A stretch of 64,000 nucleotides of DNA from Chlorokybus atmophyticus (taxonomy: Eukaryota; Plantae; Mesostigma and Chlorokybus algae). Location of the stretch: the NCBI GenBank assembly GCA_009103225.1, contig RHPI01002998.1, forward strand, positions 62,001-126,000. The letters run 5' to 3'. Of the stretch, positions 57,301-64,000 are shown one piece after another; the first letter of the stretch is position 1, and each line of letters opens with the position of its first letter. The translations under genes and the position numbers were made by a program. A model generated the notes under the pieces. That model was not told where the DNA came from. It did no database searches and saw only the letters and a list, made by a program, of their open reading frames with translations.

Positions 57301-59686
57301 ATGAGTTGGGCCTGACCGTCCTGATGGACGTTGTGCACAGCCACGCCTCTAAGAACGTGCTTGATGGACTCAACAATTTTGATGGATCAGACTCGCACTA
57401 CTTCCATTCTGGAGAGCGTGGTTACCACTGGATGTGGGACTCTCGCCTGTTCAACTATGGCAGCTGGGAGGTATGACAAGCAATGAGTCATACGTTAATG
57501 ATGGGCTTGTCTACATTGCAGCTCACGTCTCAACACTTGTCTCTGCATTGATGGCCTGATTGGCAAGCTGTGCATGCGTGTTGCAGCGGCTAATGTATGT
57601 AGTGCATCACAGGTTATGCGATTCCTTCTCAGCAACCTGCGTTTTTGGATTGAGGAGTACCAGTTTGATGGCTTCCGCTTCGATGGCATTACATCCATGA
57701 TGTACACTCACCACGGCCTGCAGATGACCTTCACTGGTAAGCTACTTGTAGGTGTTACCCTCCGTGGGTATTGGGTCACTTAGCTACTACTATTCAGTCG
57801 TTGTCGCTCTGTGCTGCAGTCAGTATTGTTATACCATCCTGGGTAGTTTGACGCTTACGTTCCTGCTACCTCAGGTGACTATGGCGAGTACCTTGGCCTC
57901 AACAGCGACATTGATGCCATCAACTACCTGATGCTAGCCAACGATATGTTGCACCACTTGTATCCGTTTGTCATCACAATTGCAGGTACATACATCTGTT
58001 AATTGTTAAGCGGATTGGCTAACAACAGCTTGTGCTACTACGGACATGGTTGTTGTCATCTTGTATCTCACCTTCTACACAAATGTGCAGAGGACGTGAG
58101 TGGTATGCCAACACTGTGCAGACCGGTTCGCGAGGGTGGTGTTGGCTTTGATTACCGCTTGCAGATGGCTATCGCTGACAAGTGGATTGAAGTCTTAGAC
58201 GAGTATGTGATAGTAAAGCAATCACTCTATCAGCATTGCAATGCATCAAGTTGTGCGTTGTTTGGTTCATGCTTGCAGCATTACCAAGCCAATAATCAGT
58301 TCGCATAAGACTTTGCGTTGTACAGGTACAAGGATGAGGAGTGGGATATCGGCAACATCTGCTTTACACTGACCAACCGCAGATGGGATGAAAAATGCAT
58401 CGCGTACGCCGAGTCACACGACCAGGCTTTGGTTGGTGACAAGACCATTGCCTTTTGGCTCATGGATAAGGTAAGTGCACGTACGCTTGTGTCAATGGTG
58501 TATGTGGTAAGGTCAGCTCTCGACATAATGTAACCCGGTGTATTGTCAACGTTGTGCATGCATAGTAACCTGCTGCAGATAGTTGGACTGACAGTCTCTG
58601 GCACGCAGGAGATGTACTGGGGCATGGCGCTTGACAGCCCACCGAACCCCATTGTTGACAGGGGTATTGCACTGCACAAGATGATCCGCCTCATCACGCT
58701 CGCTCTTGGTGGGAATGGCTACCTGAACTTCATGGGCAACGAATTTGGTCACCCAGAGTGGATCGACTTTCCGCGGTGCGTTGTCCAGTTGCACTATCAA
58801 TGCAGTTGCTGTCATATGCGGTTGTGTGCTTGGGGTTCTTTAACAACATTTTTGCTGCGGCCAACTTTCGGGACACTTGGCACCTAGAGCTTAGTGGTCG
58901 TTGTGTTCGATGTGTCACATGTTGTTTACACACTGTCTTGCAGTGGTGATCGGTTTGACTCTGTGAAGAACAAGTGGATCCCTGGCAATGGCAACAGCTA
59001 CGAAAAGTGCAGACGACGCTTCGATCTGGCTGATGCCAACTTTCTGAAGTATCAGTGGCTCAACAACTTCGACAGGGCAATGAACCACCTGGATGAGCAG
59101 TTTGAGTTCGTTGCCTCCGAGCACCAATATGTCAGGCAAGCAACGACAGTTGTATCAAGGGTTTTCCACCCAGCTGTTTGTTGGCCTTGGGTGCAAAGGT
59201 GTCAAACTTGCACTTGTGGTACAGCCGTAAAGATGAAGCCGACAAGCTCATTGTGTTCGAGCGCGGTGACCTGGTCTTTGTTTTTAACTTCCACTACAAC
59301 CAGAGCTTCACCGATTACCGCGTGGGCTGTCTGAAGCCTGGCAAGTACAAGGTGTGTGCGTGTTGTAGCAGTTGTCATGACATAGGACAGCTGTATATAT
59401 GTAGTTCAGGTGTTCTGCGTTCAGTGCTGACATTATGTGGTTGCGTCAATAGATTGTTCTCAGCACGGATGAGAAGGACTTTGGCGGATGGGCGAATGCC
59501 ACCAAACATGCGAATGCTGAGTTCTTCACGCAAGAAGGGTACTACGACAACCGCCCGCACTCGTTCATGGTCTACGCGCCATCTCGCACAGCAGTGGTGT
59601 ACGCGCCAGCGGAGTTTAATGATCCCCTCGACCAGTTTTGCGAGGAGAAGCCCGAGGCAGACGAATGCCGCATGTACGACGAATGA
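54388..59686 (+). CDS. SBE2: Plastid starch branching enzyme II-type (GH13_8) with a CP12-like C-terminal extension
   Basis: Transit peptide; [150 protein letters not shown]; ends [24 protein letters not shown]. Confidence 0.96.
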
Positions 59687-62079
59687 GGCGGCATTCCCCA
59701 CACACGGGCTGCTGACATTGAGGTTGCTCAGGTTGGCAACGTTTGGCAGCGGTTTCTTGTACAGCACAAGACAGGTTACAATTGTGAACCAAACCGTATA
59801 TTCTTTTTTGTACTTAGTCTCTAGATGTTGTTTCGCTTGGTTGGTTGCCTTCATCAGATAGGGTTATCCTTAGGTTAGCAGGCCAGGATGCCTTCTGCTG
59901 CAGCTGGTGGGCGGGTGCAAGAGTTTGAGTTGACTGGTGTTGAATGCATGTCTTTGCCTCTTTTATGATTGCAGGAACTGGGGCATAGTGCAGGTGTCCA
60001 TACTTGGGCTGTCATGATGTGAAAATGCAGTCAGTGTGTACGCGGACAGCTGAAAGGTGTGTGACTGGCTTGGCAAAGCCGGAAGGTAGTTGCTTTGGCA
60101 GTGGTTGGGGCGCAATTGTCATTGCAAACGTTGTGCTGCAAGCAAACATAATACCAACTAGGGGTTTTTCCTCGGTGTAATGTTTCCTCTCTGCTCACGT
60201 TGCGTATGAACTTGGATTTGAAGGCCAGCGTGCCGTGTGTACATGCAGTGTACGCAAGTGTTGCTTCCGCACTTGTGCATGCATGCCTTATACCTTATGC
60301 ATTCGGGACACGGAAGGTGAGGGCAACGACATCCACATGGTGAGAGGATAATGAGAGCTTAGAGGAGTCGCATGCGTGGACAAGAAGTGGACAATCTGTT
60401 GAGGAGGAGGTCTCGACAGTGGAACCTACTTACGTGCGGTATAGCCACCAACCCATGAAAGAAGCCAGGGGCCCTGAGAAGCGCATGACATCTTTGCTGC
60501 AGCTGCTGCTGGTCACTCACAACTCTCTATGCCAAAGCCGTTGCGAGCGCAACCCTAACACAACGACATAAGACTCGAGACGACCACAGTGGTGCACTGC
60601 CCTTGCTTTGGCAGTTGCGCTAACTGTGGCGTTGCTGTCTCAGGTGAGGCGCAGCTTGTCTTACCTTGCCGCTCCTCGCTTGGCGTGCGACTGAAGGGCC
60701 CAGCGCATTGCCTTTGTTGTGCTTGTCGTATGCTAATTTGCTACTTACCTACTGGTCATCCACTACTACCGACTGCCTTTGCCCACACTGCGCGGTCCAT
60801 TGCTTGCTTGCTTGCGTAGGTCGGTAGTGTCGTGCTACTGTACTTGCATATGCATATGTATTGACGATGGCAAGACTCTGCAAGTAGCAACGGCAACGGC
60901 AGGACGCAAGAGCTGTCTAACCCATGTTGCTACAGGTTGGTGGTGATGTCTGTCCCTCCTGCCCCCGCCCCTTCACCTCCCTTGCACGCACTGAGCTGAA
61001 GCGCAAAGTCAGTGTATGCCCCCTGCTGTAATTGAAAGCACTGTGTTCGTGTGGCTTGCTGTATTACTGTGCTGTGTTACCTGTTGTGTGAGGCGACACG
61101 TCACCATGAGTGCTTGATCGTTGCGAAGCTTAAGAACCTCCATGGATTGATTGGTTGATGTGCTGTATTGGCGTTGCGTGTTTTGTATGCATGCCTCCTT
61201 GTGCGTGAGCATCTATTTCGCTTCGTCCTTGTGCGCGAGCAGGTGTCGTCTGCTCACGCACAAGGAGGAACATGTATGTCCACTCTCAAGCATGCACACC
61301 AGGTTCGGCCAGACGTATGCAATATAAGCTACACTGTGCAACCCACCATGCATGCTAGTTTAGGCTGCTCATGACACAGGGATCAGTGATCCCTATGTCA
61401 GTCAAGTTGTCCAGTTCGAGCAATCCGGGGCGGGCGTGACGGCGTGCATGTGCGTATGTGCATGCTTGTGTGCACACATGTGTGTGTGACTGTCTGTGCG
61501 TGTGCGTGTGCAAACGCTAGCTGAACAGCGCATAGAAACACCAGTCGGTATGTGCCTGCAACATGCACAAGAGTACGAGGCCATGGGGGAGAAGGTGAGG
61601 AAGCAGATGGCGGAGGTGCAGCTGCGGGTTTATTTTCTAGGCCAACGAGTTGCAGCTGATAACAACGGGGTAGAGTACCGTGCCAACAAGCACGGCACAC
61701 AAGGCCAAGGCTAGTGGGTTTGTGGACTGATGGTACATGTGCGTGCATGTTTGCCTGTCCGTGTATGTGTGTATACGTGTATGTGCACGTGTGTTTGGGT
61801 TATGGGTGTGCCAGTGCGTGCGTATGCGCACGTGCGTGTGTACTGGTGTATAAGTCTGTGTCGCTCGCATGCGTGTGTGACGTGTGATAATGCGAGACAA
61901 CATGCACATAGAGCAGGTGGCACACAAGGAGTACTCTAGAAGGGGCTTTAATCCGGTTCACATACAATTATCCAAAACTGTAAAGCGGGCAGCTACGGGG
62001 TTGCAACTTTCAGATATCCATCAACTGATGTTTGGGGAGAGGGAAACAACAAAATCAACGAATCCGATGCTTCTTAGAC

Positions 62080-62284
62080 TTAGACGAAGTTCAGGTTGGC
62101 GAAGCATGTCTTGGCGCGTGTCTTGATGACGCCCTGCTCGGGGTTGAGGTTCTGGACGGTGAAGCCAACGGTGACGTGGGGGTAATAGGTGGTGGGGTTG
62201 AACAGGGCGGCGCTGCCACCACGGCTCACGACAAGGCTCTGGATCTGGTGGACAAAAGATGGGGAGTGTCAGTAAGTTGATGTG

Positions 62285-62358
<74 letters not shown>

Positions 62359-62967
62359 CACAGCTGTGCATGTTACCCTACCTTCTTGCGGATGTTGATG
62401 AGTGCGGTGTTGGGTGTCTTGAGGACGATGAAGTAGGCACATGTCCTGACGCCCGAGACGACGCGGCACGCTCCGCCGAGGCAGTCGAGTGCGAAGGCGA
62501 CGCCCTGGATGTTGTTATTGTTGCCGAGGACGACCATGTCGTGGAAGGAGACGTACTGGGAGATGCGGGCGAACTCCACGTCACGCAGGACGGTGATGTG
62601 AGCCTCGCCACGGGTCTGGGTGGGGCGGTCGTAGCCGCTGGGGATGGGACCGTTGGTGGTCAGCTTGGTGTACACCGCCTTCACGGGGGGGAAGTACACG
62701 GTCTTGTGAAGCTCCTGGGCCTTGGGGTCAGGGACGTTGGCGACCTTGTTGTACACGGTCTTGGCGATGTTGTAGGTGGCGATGATGGTCTGCTCACACA
62801 GTCACACAGTCAGTCCTCAATTTCTCTCCCACCCAACGCACACATGCACAATGCAATGCTATGCACTGCATGCATGCCACGTATAAATGCCACGTCACCT
62901 GGGCCTCAACGGCGGAGGAGACGGCCAGGAGGGCGACCACGGCGATGAGCACCTTGGAGAACGCCAT
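62080..62967 (-). CDS. Secreted 2H phosphoesterase (two HxT motifs), strongly codon-biased
   Basis: Signal peptide MAFSKVLIAVVALLAVSSAVEAQ; exon 2 VYFPPVK..RGEAHITVL..; exon 3 SRGGSAALFNPTTYYPHVTVGFT..QGVIK..TCFANLNFV TAA. Third codon positions are predominantly C/G. Confidence 0.8.
62289..62350. repeat. (GA)n microsatellite in an intron of the 2H gene
   Basis: About 30 GA units. Confidence 0.9.
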
Positions 62968-63336
62968 GGTGACAGATGAGGAGGACTGGTCCTACAAGGG
63001 GAAGTGTCAAGTCAGTCAGTCAGCCAGCCAGCAACCGTCATTGCATGCACGCATGCATGCAAGAGCACAACTAGTAGCAAGCGAGCAGGCACACCAACAA
63101 GAACCGCAGAGGCAGAGTGCAGCCATGCGTAAGCTTACCCGAAACAGCAGCGACTTGCAAGTGACTGACTGTACTTGCTTATGAAAGCCTTGCCCGATTT
63201 TATACGTGCGTCGCGCTGCGCTGCGGGGCCGCGGACGACGACGCGAGATGCTTGAAGCATTATGCTTCATCAAAGATGCCTCCGTAGCATGGTGTGCGCC
63301 GCAAAGTGGTACTTGAAAAGGGTTGCGCACCGAGAG

Positions 63337-63425
63337 ACAGGGAGCTAGATGCTGCAGACTGAGAGCTACTCACTGTCCTGTGGGGTCCTGTGGGCAGTCT
63401 CAGTCTGCAGCATCTAGCTCTCTGT
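63337..63425. other. Long inverted repeat / pre-miRNA-like hairpin
   Basis: GAGCTAGATGCTGCAGACTGAGA (63342-63364) is the exact reverse complement of 63398-63420. The stem extends to 28 bp with one G:T pair; 33-nt loop. Confidence 0.75.
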
Positions 63426-64000
63426 GGTAGCTCAGCTACATGCTGCGCCAGCCGACATGGCCCCCCGCGACGTAATATTCCTCTGCCGTGTTCTGTCGTG
63501 TCGCGCGCCATACGACGCGGAACCGGCCAACTTCGAGTGTTAACTTCATAATACGCTATCAGGCTATGTAAAGTTTGTTGTACAACGGAACCGGCAAAAG
63601 TTGTGGTGGGTAATAGCGTGACTTTGTGTGTTTCCGAGATTCGGCACCAAGTTCCATGGTCGTGGTTTTGGTGAATAACAGCGCACCATACCAGTCAGAA
63701 TTCGTTTACCACCACCACGACCGGTGTGTACCAGTCTTTAAGAATGCAAGCCAGCTGCGATTAGACCTCTGACTGGTACGTTAACGTTAACATAGCCGGC
63801 TAGCGACCAGGCTCGTTCACGTCATCTTCAGAGTTGTTTTCGTTGTGCGACGGCGGCCAGATTCCGCCGGCATGTCAATGCATCTGTCTGCCCTCCCTTC
63901 GTTGCGTGGCCCTCGAGATTCGCCACAGCGGCTCGCATCTTGCGTATGGCAGAAGGCTGGTTTAAGGGATCAGCACGCACACAATCACATCGTTGTTCTA

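Noticed and set aside
60589-61714. Possible small gene (hydrophobic exon near 60590-60645, ORF 61496-61714)
   Set aside because: No in-frame ATG, no consistent exon chain and no recognisable motif.

Overview
Eukaryotic, intron-rich nuclear DNA, most likely from a chlorophyte green alga. Evidence: plastid transit peptides, a starch branching enzyme, TGTAA poly(A)-type signals and short GT-AG introns full of CA/GT repeats. The assembly is draft quality, with three N gaps and several junction-associated simple-sequence runs. Genes were spliced by hand, so family names come from motif recognition, not searches. Left to right: a partial acidic exon, a cupin, an INSIG-like membrane protein directly downstream of RNA Pol III subunit RPC9, a RimM/PRC-barrel-repeat-WW fusion, alanine-glyoxylate aminotransferase head-to-head with 3-hydroxyisobutyrate dehydrogenase, a tRNA-Sec in a ~7 kb largely AT-rich island with no recognisable protein-coding gene, a Par3/HAL-N + phage-integrase-repeat protein, a plastid-targeted five-domain SnoaL/NTF2 polyprotein, a decayed TPR/J-domain gene hit by a deleted chromovirus LTR element at a splice acceptor, a decayed Spinster MFS gene, a VOC/glyoxalase, a UXT-type nucleotide-sugar transporter, a starch branching enzyme II, a secreted 2H phosphoesterase and a pre-miRNA-like hairpin. 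Best leads: (1) the branching enzyme ends in a CP12-type C-X8-C redox tail; (2) the SnoaL x5 polyprotein; (3) a probable RPC9/INSIG-like bicistron with a 25-nt spacer.
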